Shown in pieces: positions 49,974-64,000 of a stretch of DNA of 64,000 nt. Both the position numbers and the translations under genes were made by a program. Within the stretch, counting starts at the first letter, position 1. Each line of letters begins with the position of its first letter. Origin of the DNA: the human T2T-CHM13v2.0 reference genome, Homo sapiens; the NCBI RefSeq assembly GCF_009914755.1, contig NC_060935.1; one strand, 5' to 3'. Under the pieces are notes generated by a model. It did no database searches. It was not told the DNA's origin and was given only the letters and a program-made list of their open reading frames with translations.

Positions 49974-52900
49974 TTAAATACTTGCTATGTGCTAAATTTC
50001 CTATATCAGGTGTCGAAAATGTAGGGTGTCAAAATAGGCAGGATAAGCTAAGCTGTGCTGAAGTAACAGCAGTCCCCAGATTTTAAAGCTTTAACACAAC
50101 AAAGGGTTAATTTTGCTCAGATAATACATCCAACAAGGGTGTAAGGAATTGTCTGCTCCACATAGTCACTCAGGGACCCATACAGATGGGAGCTCCCCAT
50201 ATTGTGGCTGAACTTTAATATAGCATACATGAAATATTTGATGAACACTAACAGTTTCTGTGACACGTGGGAGTGGATATAAAGATAGATATAGTCCCTA
50301 CCCTCAATTCCTGTTCAAAACTATGACACAAAACAGATGGTGCTAAGCACCATCAGAGAGATACAGATAAAGTGCTGAGTTAGTTGAGAGACTGGACAGA
50401 TTGGTGGGACTGAATCCAGGACAGGATTTTGGAGAACATGGCATTACAGCCTGAAGGATTGGTAGGTTTTGATAGAGTCTTTGAACAAAGGCATGCTGGT
50501 AGAAAAGCAACATAGAACAGCAAATAGTTTGCTTGAGGGCAGGATCTGAGATGAGGAGGAAGGATATGAAGGACAATGATAACTGAGTGCCAAGTATGTG
50601 CTAGGCCCGGTTTTAAGTGCTTCACGTATAGTAACTCATTTAGTCATCTCAATAGTCCTTTGTCGAAACTGGGGCCCAAAGATTTTAAGTATTATTTAAG
50701 TTAATTTGCCCAAGTCCAGAGTAGTACTATAAGGCAGAGCTAAGCTTGTCCCTGAGGCCATCTGACTCCAGAGTGGGTGCTGTTACAGGTAAGGTCCAGA
50801 TTCCAGAGGGCAATGAACACCAGCCTAAGGCACCCGAACATTTACTCTGAAGGCAGGGTGCACCATGGAAGGCTTCAAAGGAGGAGAGTGACATGATCAG
50901 ATTCGTAATTAAATCATAAATGGCCCAGGTCCCTAAAGTGTGAAGACATGGGAGAAGAGGAGAAGGGGACTTGAGCTGGATTCTGAGTGATGGGGATGCT
51001 ATGATCATATCAGAGAGAAATAAAGGACTTTCCAGGCAAGGGACAAGCCCGCTGAGGAGGTAGAAGAAATACATGTGGATTGGAGCAAGATAGTGAGATT
51101 TGTTTGACTACGTTGGGCGTAGGTTTCATAGAATGGGGACAGGTAGGGCAAAGCAACGTGGTAAGGGATTTTAAAGTCACACTAAGGAGTTCGGTTTGAT
51201 TGAGTCAGAGGGAAAGAGACATGGACCACTTTGAAGACACAGCCAAGAAATGTGTTAAGAGGTGTCTCCTTGCCCTTCACTGTCCCCAGCCTGAGCCTAG
51301 TCACGGCCCCAACACACCTGGCATTTCAAAGCCTGGGGCATTTTCAAAGCAAACCCGAAAGGCTCATTGCCATTCTTTCAAAAGATCGCCTCTTTTCTAC
51401 AAGCAATAAAATAATTAAAGTCAGGTTGTTGTATTTTCTTTTTTTAAATTTTTACAAAGGCCATTACAAAGGTGTGAAATATTAGACACTTACGCATCTG
51501 TGAATAAGATTGTAGGCTAAAGCGTGTGAGTTCCCGTCTCAGCTAATGAACCAGAATATGGTTTTAATTTTTGAACTGCAAAAATGTTCTGCCTTTTTTT
51601 GTCGTCCCTGCAGAAGACTTCATATTTTAATAATTCAGTGCAGCCTAATTACTTTAATTAATCACCTTCTTTTCAAAGATGTCAGTGGGCTTCGTTATTT
51701 TCTTGTTACGGTGCATACTATTGGGAGTTTTAGGGAATTTAAAAAATATATATGTAATAACCAAGGTTAACTCTTTCATGAACTTGGAAATGTGTATGCT
51801 TTTCCTTAGAGTTCTCTGTCATTCACAAATGGTGGACGAGGTTATGCCCATAAACTGCTTTCTCCTCCGTCCCTTTCACTCCCCATGACTGGTTAACAAA
51901 ATCATCTCTAGTCATGCTATGCCTTAAAAACTGTTGTCTGGAGACAAAAGTAAAATGCTATTTAGAGCAAGTCAATATTTTTGCATCTTTCTGAGTCATG
52001 ATGAATATACTGGGAATGACAATAGCTTTTATTGTACAATCAATATAATTTGCTTCCCTTGCAGGAAAACATAATTAGCTTATAGGTCACGCAGTGGCAA
52101 TGAAAATGTGCTCATTTCTAAAGTCTGTTCGTGGGTGGAGGGTCCTTTCTGATCCAAGTGGGAGGTGTTCCTTTCTCCTTTCTGGTTCCTGACCCAGGTT
52201 GATCGGGTGTCACTAAGCAGCTCTCTTAACTTGTGGGGCCCTTGTTAATTTCTTGCACCCAGGAATGACAACGCTTTTATACAGTTAATAATACATAAGT
52301 TGGATATTTGGAGGCTTCAAGTTAGAGCCTGGCTTTGAATACAATCCCTTTTGCTTAAATGACAGAGCTCTAGTATTGATTCTTCAACTGGTCTGATAGT
52401 CTTTTTTGTCTTTTTTTTTTTTTTTTTTTTTCCATGAAAGGGAGAGCTCAGATCTTATGATTTTCACACATTTTCCTCAGTAAATATAGAAAGGTTCCTA
52501 ATTAATAAATAACTCATTAATACATTGAGATATAGGGAAAGAGACGCCTTGCCACCTTCCTTCTTCTTTCCGGGGACCTGTTTGTCCCCCTTGGTGGCTG
52601 CTCAGCTCCCCACTCCCCAGTGGAGGCTGCCTGCAACCTCATTCCTGTACAGTTTACCCTCCCTGGCACCAGGCTCTGAAGGCTCTGCTTAGTTTGGGTG
52701 AGACAGCTTTGTTAAGCAGTCTGAGTTAAAAACAAATGAAAAAGCTGCAGAGAGACCTCCCATTTGGGGCTCAGGGTGAATGCTTTTATTTTAAAATGCT
52801 GACTGTCTGAAATCAGATTTCTTCAACCCGGACTTTGGCTTTGAACTGAGGCACACAAGCTACCTGTCACCTGAAGAGTGCAATTAAGCTCTGTACTTGG

Positions 52901-53090
52901 AGCTATGTTTTCTATCAATGCTGAGGGGTGGACATGAACAGTGCGTGGGATTCGTTTGGCTGAAAGAACAAGACAGGCCTATTAAAAACAATTCCCTTTT
53001 TGTTTCATTTCTTCCCGTTTTCTGCCCACACCCCACCCTCCTTTTTCCCAAATCGCCAACAACCTGAGAAGTCACAGAAATCAGCAAGAA

Positions 53091-53158
53091 ATAAATCAAT
53101 AATCAGATCAATTCCTGGATGATCATCATAAATCAATAATCAGATCAATTCCTGGATG
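53091..53158. repeat. Tandem duplication, 2 x 31 bp exact with 6-bp spacer
   Basis: ATAAATCAATAATCAGATCAATTCCTGGATG at 53091 and 53128. Confidence 0.95.
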
Positions 53159-56100
53159 CTATGGATTCAATAAAGGCTTGTGAATGAAAACCTTCCTAGT
53201 CCTTGTGAGTCTCCTAAAATGTTTCTATTGCAATCAGAGATGTTAATTGGTTGAAACTGCCTGTGGTCTTAGGAAGTGCTCCGATTACAAAAAGAAATCC
53301 TTTTATGTTGCTGGACTCCAGCCACAAAATCTCTGATGTTAGGAATCTGGCAGAGGTTGAGCCCCCTCCAGGGTGTAAATAAACTGGCCAGGTCTATAAC
53401 CCAATAGAAGTCAATTTATTATGTGTGTGTGTTTCAAGTCACTCAGCCCAAACCCTGCCCATGTATTAAAGAAAAGATGTGGGTTACAGCCGGAGCCCAG
53501 ACAATGGAATATAGCAACGGAGGCCCCGCAATGATTGTCAAGTCTACACAGTCAATGGAGGAGATGAGGGGGACCTGTGGAGATCGATATTTCTCTTCCT
53601 GCCCAGATTTGCAAGGCTCTGCCTAGAATCAAGCAGCTAAGCATGACTGGCACACAGAACTGCTTACTTTGCTAGCTGGGAGGCTGAAACGCAAACGGCT
53701 TAAGTGGGGGAACGTTTTATAGCCTCCGTCTGGAAGTCCCAGTGACATTCTCTGCTGCACTGATAACACATGAGCCCACATGCTTGTTATCAGAACTAGA
53801 GGTTTCGCTGGGCCACATCTTGCCCTGACTCAGTGAAATGCTTAGGGCAGCGTATTGGGAGGCGGCTCAGAAGCGTTGGGCAGGGAACACGTTGGGCCCC
53901 TCGTTTCCACACACAGAGCAGTTTCACTTACATTGTAAAAGGTTGTTTGGGGTTCACCTAATCTCGAGGCTGGAGGAAGCATCCCAGTGCCCCTCCACCC
54001 TCATCCCTGCCTCCCTGCCTCCAGCTCTAGTATACTTGTATTCCCCAAACGGTGTGTGGCAGCATGGCGAGGGTGTGAAATGTACCCGGCCTCCTTTGCA
54101 TACCTCTCCAGACTGCCAGTAACAGTGAGCTATTAGTGAAACCCAGGACAGTCTGAACAAAGCTGCCTCTTAATTGCTCATTCTCAGCCTTGGTCCATCG
54201 AGCACCACTACCCACCTACACCTTAAAAAAATAGACCAACGAAACCTCCCATAAATTTACAATACCCCACTTTAACATAGAAAACGCAATAATAGTCCAG
54301 CCGGGAGAGTCTTTTTTTTTTTTTCTTTTGGTGGCTTTTTTCCCCCCTCCATCCCCTTCATTCCCATTGGTTTCTGCCAAGTCCCAAAGAACCAATGGGA
54401 TCCCTCTTCTTCATTCATGTCCTAGCAACAAGCTCTGTTCCAATCTTTCTCTGCCAAACTAACACCTGAAAAATTACATCATGAATAATGGCAAAAGCAG
54501 CAAGGGCCAGAGAAGGGCTTTTTTTTTTTTCATCTGTCTGCTTCAGAGTTCATTTAAGGTGTTTTAGTCTGGATTCTTAAAGTGACAATGTCTTAGATTT
54601 TTGCTGATCTTTTTCAACACATTGGTTAACATAAGCAATATAAAATGAACAGTAATTGAATGCAGCAAAAGGCCTTTAGGTGAAGTGAGGGAAACACATT
54701 TTGTTAAGGGTGTTCCCTATATGTTCCTTTCAACAGTCTTCATTTAGGGAAGCCCCTGAAGTGGAGAAGTAGATTGTTCATATGGTATAGTCTTTGAGAA
54801 AGGACTAAAATACTGCAAACCACACAAGCCGCCCACCCACTCTCCCATACAAAAATGCACCCCTTCCTGGTGGCTTCTCTCACTCAAGTTAACTATACCC
54901 AAGGCCCTTTCTATTCCTACTTTGGAATAAAGAATCCATTCTGTTAAGGGGGTCCTGGAGCCAAGGAAGGAATTGCCTTGTGAATTTGCAAAAGGTGTGG
55001 GGTTGTTGGGGTAAAGAGCCACAGGGTGGGGGTGCCGGGAGCACGTGTGTGTCTGTGCACGTGCAGGGCTGCTAATGCAGACAGGCAGCTGGGGAAATGC
55101 AAGAACAACGAGATCCAGATGACCAGGGAGGGAGGGGGTTGGTAGAGAAATCAGAAAGGGGAGCTAAGGTGATAAGGAGTGGGTGCGGGGGAGGGAAGGA
55201 GGCCAGGAGAGGAAAACAACTGCACAGGCAGACTTGTTCTGTCCAAACGGGCAAAGTTTCTAATGCAAATGTCCACTTCTAGGCATTTCTCAAGACCCAG
55301 ATGCTGATTTGACACTTCCGGCTTCCCCACCCCACCCAGTCTAGTGCAGACAGGGAGCAGAAACTCAGACACAAAGAACTGCAGCCTGTGCAGGCAGCAA
55401 GCGGGAGAAGGGTGGGTGCTCAGCACCTGCCAGGCATCCACGGGCACTGTGCATTGCCTGCCCAGCACCCTGGCCCCTCAGTGCTAGGCACCGGCACCTA
55501 TGCACACTGGCTTCCTGGTTTCCTTGTAAGCATGTGTGAAGTGCTGGCGGCATGAGCTGGGAAAGGGCCCCTGAGGCCTTCTCGGGTGCCTGGGACACAG
55601 AAAATAGATCTATTTGGTGTCTGGCCCTGACCGGAGTTTGCAGCTTGCTTCAGCCATGCCTTGGCAGTAGAGTGGTTAGAGGTGCTGGCAGACAGTCACA
55701 GTCAGCCTGAGTTCTTGTGAAACTTCATGACTATATAAGGCCTGGGAAGGAAAGAGAATGATGCCAACCTAAGGGATGGGATAGTGAAAGAATGGGGAGA
55801 GTGCAGGGAAGGCCACTTTTGGTGCAGAGCTAGAGATATTCCCCTTTATCCACCCACAGCAGGTTGCAGTGACAGTGAATTTTCCTGCAGAAATTGTGCC
55901 ATCAATTGCGTGATAAAGGAGGAATCCCGAAGCGGGTAGGTGGACGGGGTGCTGCACCAGGTTCCTGCAGGAGTAGATGCTCTTTCTCTGGTGACTTGCT
56001 TGACAGTGGCCTCCCCTTCTGGTCAGAGTCAGCTGGCTTCAACGTGGGCCAGGAAGAAGACCCTGAAGTCCGAAGTCTCAAATATCTTTGATGAGTATCA

Positions 56101-56599
56101 CATCCCATGGTACAGAAGACTTAGGTCACCTAGCCTGAGGGGCAGTTTTGGAGAAAGAGATGGCCAGGTAGGCTAGGCCAGTGAAAAGGCAAGAGGAGCA
56201 AGGAGTACTGGCTCAGAAGTCAGGAGTCTTGTATTCATCCTGGCTCTGGCAGAGAGATCTTAGATGAGTGTGATCCCTTTTCCTACGCAATGCCACTGTT
56301 GTGATGACATGAGATCATTCTCATAAAGAGCTTAGAGTAGTGCCAGGGTATACAGTAAGCACTCAATCATGTTAGACATTGCCATCACTACCCTCCCACT
56401 CACCTTCTGCATGGTTCTGGAACCTTGAGTTAGAAGGGATGCCATCCCCAGCTGCACCCTCTTGGTTTTTGCAGTATAACATTTTTCTGTTTTTCTTCCC
56501 ACTTCCTGGGCACTCCTTCTCATTGTTCTTTGTGGACCCTGCTCTTTCTGGCCTGGCACTTAAGGACTGGTTCTCCTCTGGGCTCTGTTACAGGATCTA

Positions 56600-57530
56600 C
56601 TCTTCTCTCCTTACAGCTCTGTTTCTGTGACGTCATCCTCCCAAAGGTTTTGCTCTATTCTGATGGGTGCCATCTCCATACTTCCAGCCTGGATGTCCCA
56701 AACTTCAGGACACCATGTGGAGTAATCTGGACTTTTTCCTATCAGCATCCTCTAGGTACGTGAGGTTGAATATGTTCCTCATCTTTGCCTCAAAATCCCC
56801 TGAGTGCCTCTTTACCTTCATATAGAATGGAGATGCTTCCATTCAGTGTTGCCCAAGGAAGAGAGCTGGCTGTTATCCTTGACACCTCCTTGTCTCTCAT
56901 CCTCCAAATCTAATCCCTCACTAACTGTCCTTTTTACCTCCTAGCTATTTTTCAAATGCATCCACTTCCTCCCTCTCCACTGCCATCGGCCTAGCAGAAG
57001 TTGCCAATTCTCTCACCCAGACTGTTTGGTTAATACTCTTGCTCCTGCGTAGGACCCCTGGCTGGCTTTTCATGGTTCTCAGGACATGGCTTGGATATGA
57101 CTTCCTGCCTTTTGCACTTCATCTTGCTTTGTTGTTCTTAGAGTTCCAACCACACTGATCTTCCTATACTTCCTTCAAAATGCTTCCCTCTCCCACACAG
57201 GGACTTTGCAAATGCAAAATGCATCCCCTCCCCCAATTGGATGAAGTCATACCTACTCATCCTTAAGCGTCTAACTGGATGGTCATTTTCTCAAGGAGGC
57301 TTCCCCTGCTCTCCTGGGCTAGGCCAGGTCCCTTTGTATGTGGTCCCATAGAATTGTTCAGCTTCTTTCACCTTGAAATCATACATTCTACTTGTTCAAT
57401 TAATGTCTGCTTCCCCTATAAGACGGTAATACCATGAGAATAGAAACCTCATTCTTTTCTTCATCATTATTGTCTTAAATATCTACCACAACATGGATGC
57501 TTAAAGAACATTTGTTGGATAAACAAATAA
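56600..57530 (+). mobile_element. L2 LINE fragment
   Basis: Pyrimidine-rich L2 body (TATCCTTGACACCTCC, CATCCACTTC...CTCCACTGCCA) ending ATTTGTTGGATAAA; boundaries approximate. Confidence 0.65.
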
Positions 57531-58339
57531 AAGAAACTCTCACAACTAAGTGCCACCAGTAAATCTAATAAGTAGGATTTCTTGCCATATGAAAACGTGG
57601 AACAGGGCAAGGTCAAGAACAAAGCCCCGTACTTTTAATCCATTTTATAGAATCTTTTTTTGATTATTGAAAGTCAATATTATTGAGGTATAATTTACAT
57701 AAAAATCACATAGATTAAAATGAACCCATTTAAAGTGCACATTTTGATGAGTTTTGACCAACACATGCACCCCTGCAAGCATCGCCACAGTCAAGACGGA
57801 ACATTTCTGCCATCTACCATGTCGCGTTGTGTGCAGTTTTCACCCCTTCCTGGATCCAGGCAACCACAGCTCTGTCTTCTGTCTCTATTGATTAGTACAG
57901 TATTGCCTGTTCTAGAGTTTCACATAAGTGGAATCATACATTATGTACTATTTGTATCCAGCCATTTTTACTCAGCATAATGTTTGTGAGACTCGCTCAT
58001 GAGGTAGCATATATAAGTAATTTGTTCTTTTTATTTCTAAAGAATACTCCACTGTGTAAATTTGTCACAATGTGTTTATGCACTCCCCTCTCGATGGACA
58101 TTTGGGTTATGTCCAGTTTTTGGCTATCGTGATTAACTCAGTCTCAAATATTCCTGTATGAGTCCTTGTGAGTCTGTGTGTCCTTGTGTATGAGTCCATT
58201 CATTTCACTTCCCTTGAGTAAATGCCTAAGCGAGGAATTTTTACGTCATAAGGTAAGTGTATGCTTAACTGTATAAGCAACTGCCAGTTTTCCAAAGTAG
58301 TTGTCAGATTTTACCCTCCTGTCAGCAGTGTATGAGAGT

Positions 58340-58567
58340 GCACCTTGCATTGCCTGTCTAGCACCCTGAACCCTGAGTCCTAGGCACCAATACGTATGCA
58401 CTCTGGCTTCCTGGTTTCTTTGTAAGCAGGTGCAAAGTGCTGGCGGCATGAGCTGGGAAAGGGCCCTTGAAGCCTTCTCCCATGCCTTGCTGGAGATGCA
58501 GTAAACAGATCTATTCGGTGTCTAGCCCTCACCTGGAGTTTGCAGCTCATCTCTGCCATGCCTTGGC
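58340..58567 (+). repeat. Diverged copy of 55444-55665 inserted into L1M
   Basis: Collinear similarity over ~225 bp including exact AAGTGCTGGCGGCATGAGCTGGGAAAGGGCCC; flanked by TGAGAGT twice. Confidence 0.93.
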
Positions 58568-58693
58568 TGAGAGTCCCAGTTGTTCTACATACTTGCCAAC
58601 ATTTGGTATTGTGTGCGGTGATAATTTATTGGGCAATTAATTTTTATTTCCATGATTACTAATGAGGTTGAGCTTCTCTCTCTTCTCTCCCTA

Positions 58694-58727
<34 letters not shown>

Positions 58728-59386
58728 ATGTCATTGTTGTTTTGTTTTGTTTTTCTTTCCACCTGATTTGTAGCTTTTCTTTTTATTTTCTTAATAGTAT
58801 TAAAGATCAGAACAGCCATATTTAATTTTGATGGAGCTTAATTGATTATTTTTTCTTATATGATTAATGCTTTACTTGCCTTTATTATGGAATCATTGCC
58901 TACCCTGAGATTGATAACATTTTCTACTGTTTCTTTCTTGAAGTTTTGTAGTTGTAACTTTTAAGTTGAATTTAGTGACGGACTTTGAGCTACTTTTTTG
59001 TATGTGATGTGAAATAAAAGCCAAGATTTAAGTTTTTCTTCACAAACATCTGGTTATTCTAACACAGTTTTTTGAAAAGACTGCTTTTTCCCCCATTGAA
59101 TTACCTTGGCAGTTCAACTGTTTGAATGAACTGACCAAAGGGTTGAAAAATCAACTGACCAGATATGAGTGTGGGTCTGTTTCTGGACCCTATATACTCT
59201 CCATTGATTTGTATGCCTGACCTCACACCAATGTGTGAGCACAAACCTCACTGGTTAGTGTCATTTCCTAGTAAATATAAAATCAGACAGCATAAATTCT
59301 CCAACTTTGTTCTTTATACAAAATTATATTATACATTATGGATTTTTTATTTCCCTATAAATATTAGAACCAGCTGTCAAATTCTA

Positions 59387-59758
<372 letters not shown>

Positions 59759-62700
59759 ATACGGATCCTATAGATCAATTTGGGAGAGTGATAACATTTA
59801 GTCTTTCAATCCATGAACATGGCATATCTTGGCTTTCTTCTCCAATTTCTCTCAACAATGTTTTTGCTTTGCCATTGTCAGTGTGCAGGTCTTGAAAAGA
59901 TTTTTATACTTATCCCTTATTATATCATGTTTTTGAATGCTATGGCAAATTATATTGCTTTTAAATATTATTTTTTATTTTGTGTATAGAAATATAACTG
60001 ACTCTTTCCTAACATCCTCTGACCTAGCATCCTCTATTGTGTGTTGACCTAGCATCCTCTGATATTCCAAATTTACTTAGTTTCAACGACTTCTTAGGTT
60101 CCTTAGAATTTTCTCCGTACGTGATATTGCCTCTAAATAATAGCAGTTTCACGCCTTTCTTTCCAACAACTATCTTTTTATATCTTTTTCTTTTCTCATT
60201 TCGCTGGCTGGAACCTCCAGTACAAAGTTGACTAAAAGTAGTGAGAGCTTATATTTTTGCCTTGTTACAAACCTTAGGGGGAAAGAGTTTAGTGTTCAGC
60301 ATTAAGTATGATGTTAACTGTAGGTTTTCATAGACATCCTTTACCAGGTTGAAGAAAGTTTGCTTCTAGTCTCAGTTTACTGAGAGTTTTTATCATGAAT
60401 GAATGTTGAATTTTGTCAAGTGCTTTTTCTGCATCTATAGAGATGATCATGTAATTTTCTCCTTTATTTTGTGGCAAAATTTTATGGCAAATTTCAGTGG
60501 CTGATTTTCAAATGTTAAATCAGTATTACATTCTTGGTATAAATCCTGTTTGGTTATGATGCATTATGATTTTTATACATTGCTGAATTTAATTAGCGAA
60601 TATTTTGCTAACACTTTTGTGTTTATATTTATGAAGGATATTAGTTTGAATTTTTTTCTTGTAATTTTATTATTTGGTTTGGGTATCACATTATTACTGT
60701 CCTATAAAATGAGTTGGCAAATGTTTCCCCTTTTTTGTTTTCTGAAAAATATTCTGTGAAAAAAGTATTATTTTTTCCTTGTAAGTTTCAACTAACTGAC
60801 TACGGAAACCATCTGAGGTGGGAGTTTGCTTTTTGGGAAAGTTTTACATTTTTGAAAAGAATGTCTTTAATTAAATTCACTTAAATATATTTTATATTCA
60901 TACACTTACCATTTTGATGCTCTTCATTTCTTTGTGTAGATCGCAGTTTCCATTTGATGTCATTTTCCTTCAGCCTAAACTTCTTTAATATTTTTGTATG
61001 CAGATAGGCTGATGACAGATTCTTTTAGCTTTTGTTTTAAAAAAATGTCTTTATTTTGCCTCCATTTTTGAGACAGATTTTCAATGGATATAGAATTCTG
61101 GATTGACCATTTTCTTTCAGCACTTTAAAAGTGTCATTCAATTTCCTTCAGGCTTACTTTTTTTTTTTGGAAAGTCTGCAGTCAGTATTATTTTGCTTCT
61201 TTGTATATATTTTTTCTCTAAGTGCTTTTGCAATTTTCTCTTTATCTTTGATTTATACAGTTTCACTCTGGTGTGTCCAATTATTTTTATTCTACATGCT
61301 CTTTGTCGAGTGTCTTGGATCTCTGGATTTATAATTTTCATCAAATTTGGTAAATTTGTAACCATTATTTATTTAAATAATATTTTATGTTTGTCCTTCT
61401 AGGACTCAAATTACACACATGCTAGACTGCTTCCTCTTGTCTTGAAAGTCACTGATGTTATGTTCATTTTTTTTCTAATTCTTTTTTTCTTTCCTCTGCT
61501 TCAATTTGGATAATTTCTATTGCCTTGCCTAAAAGAACTTCAGGCAAGTTCTTAAAACAGAACTGGTCTTTTTTACTGCAATGTCTAGTCTGCTTTAGGT
61601 AAGTCTATTTAGTAAATTTTTTATTTCAGATATAATATTTTTCAGCTCTGGAAGTTCCATTTTGATTTTTTTTCATATTTTTAATTTATACTTTTATATT
61701 CTCTCTTAAATCATTAAACTTGTTTATATTAGCCATTTAAAAGTTGTTGTCTGCTACTTTCATAATTTCTATCTGTTCTGTCACTGTTCTTATTGCCTGT
61801 TTTTTTTTTTTTTTAAACTGACTATGGGTTCCATATCTAACCATTTCTGGTGTAGGGTGTCCATTGGGTGTTGTACATTGTGAAAGCTACATTGTTGAGT
61901 GTCTTGGATTTTGTTGTTTTCCTTTAAAGACCGGTGAATTTTGTTTTGGCAGACTATTAAGTTACTTGTGGATCACACTGACTGTGTTGAGATTTGTGTA
62001 AAAATTTTTAAAACTTGGGTCTAGAATAGTCTTTACCCTCACGGTAGTTTTATCTTATTACTGCTAAGGTGTGGTTCTTCTGTAGTCTCTGCTAAATGCC
62101 CTGAGGTTCTATGAACTCTCTTCATGCTGGCTGGCTGGAGCTTAACTATCTTCCAGCCCATGTGAGCTCTGGAAATTGTTTAGTTTACCACTCCCCAATA
62201 TTTGTTGTTTTCCTGGCCTCATAGAGCTTCTGTCTGAAAATATGCAGCTTAATACTTAATAAAAGACTCAATGCAAATTTCTGGAGCTCTTTTCCTGTGT
62301 AGAATTCCTGCTCTGTTGTATTCTATTTCATAAATTCCAGCTGCCCCTGCCTGCTCAAACTCTGATTTCTGCCTCCTCAATTCAGCAAGAATGCTGTGCT
62401 TTGCTTGGGCTCCTTTCCTGTCTGCTGTGGCCTTGAAAATGCTTCCAGACAGAATGCCCATCCTCTTCTATAGCTCATCTAGTTTGCATCTCTTTTCTCA
62501 GAGATCGCAGTCCAGCATTGCCTATTTTCTAATGTTTGAAAATAATTGTTTTTTTTTGTCCAGTTTTTAAGTTATTTACTATAGGAGGGCAAACCTGGTA
62601 CCAGTTACTCCATCATGGCCATTGATACAGGTTTAATCAGCTTACATAACAGAATTTTCATTTTGTCTGTATTTCTTTAAAGAAATCACCAGAAGAGTAC

Positions 62701-63374
62701 AAAACCAACAAAAAATATATATGACCTCTGTATGATCACATTAATTCACTTGTCTGATAAGCCTTTTCAAACAGAAATAAGATTAGTGGATTTGACTTAT
62801 TCATAATGAACCCATGCTGGCCTATAGGGATCACATCTCTTTCTCTTCGTAAGTCAGACATTTAATGACGTTTTAAGGATTTTTCCAGAGAATGTAATGT
62901 TTACCATTAAGCAGGTTTTGGAATATGCTTTTTAGAAATATGAAAATATTTATCTGTTTTTGGTCTTTGGCATAATATTTATAAATAACATTTATTTGCT
63001 TATGAAGTGCTTACTGTGTGCCTGGAAGCAGGCTACATGTTTTATATACCTTATCTTTTTGAGTCATCATAATACTGTGAGTTTTGAATCATTACAATAA
63101 TATGAGTTCTTCTATTATCCTCACTTAATAGTTGAAGAAATTGAGAATTCGAGATATAAAATAACATGCTTCAGGCCACATAACCAGAAAGAGATGGAGC
63201 TGAAATTTGAATCAAAGAAGTTTGATTAGAAAATACCAGTTGAACCACTGGGCTATCCTTAACATCACCTGTCTTGAGCTTCGTGATTTCTCAGAATTTT
63301 CTTTTAACCAAAAAACTGAACTCTTTTTTTGTTTCTAAATATCATTTGAAGTACCCAAGGAATGCCGAATATGA

Positions 63375-63622
<248 letters not shown>

Positions 63623-64000
63623 GTTCAGTGTACATTGAGTATGTTTTACTGATTCATTTAATCTCTTTCTATTCTTAGGGCATTCCAGGCAAATGGAATA
63701 ATATGAAAAACAGCAAAAGAAGCATGAAGCTGCAGAACTTATTAGTTCAAATGCAATATGGGGATGTTTTGTAGCAACATCACATGGATGTTGAGAGGGT
63801 TGAAAGGAAGGAAACACATTTTACTACATAAGGGACTAGTAATGAGAATGTATGTTTAAAGTTCATAGATATATTTGGTACAACCATGACTACAACACCT
63901 GAATAAATTTAATTAATGCTTTTCCTGTGAAGAACATATAGTACTTGAGTATATCATAAAATACTATTGTTAGTGGTTTCAGGAGGGAGAATCATTCACC

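Noticed and set aside
55365-58449. Similar peptides MPPALHTCLQGNQEA / MPPALCTCLQRNQEA suggesting a paralogous gene pair
   Set aside because: Explained by the DNA-level duplication; indels elsewhere in the copy, no splice or coding signature.
60550-61402. Hydrophobic Phe/Leu/Ile-rich ORFs resembling membrane proteins
   Set aside because: Artefact of T-rich antisense L1 sequence.

Overview
Human (primate) genomic DNA. Bases ~1-16,110 hold the 3' end of SORL1 (SORLA/LR11) on the + strand: seven coding exons with canonical AG/GT borders (FN3 domains, transmembrane helix, FANSHY and acidic/GGA-binding tail) and a ~4.2 kb 3'UTR with several AATAAA signals. About 3.6 kb downstream is a two-LTR, internally deleted HERV-H provirus on the - strand (19699-25910; LTR7-type LTRs, ATTTG target-site duplication, tRNA-His primer site), transcribed convergently toward SORL1. 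The remaining ~38 kb is non-coding: Alu, L1M, L2, MIR, MaLR/ERVL LTRs and MER DNA transposons, a CpG-rich patch with a CTCF-like motif and some motif-dense unique stretches. I found no new protein-coding system; ORF-track hits other than SORL1 exons and HERV-H pol/gag are noise. The most notable signals are cryptic splice/polyadenylation options at the SORL1 3' end, a haplotype marker (Ile1967), an AT-rich fold-back, discordant HERV-H LTR ends, an OCT4-SOX2 composite motif, and several local templated duplications, including a 228-bp copy pasted into an L1 between TGAGAGT repeats. All alignments and counts were done by eye; repeat subfamily names need RepeatMasker/Dfam confirmation.
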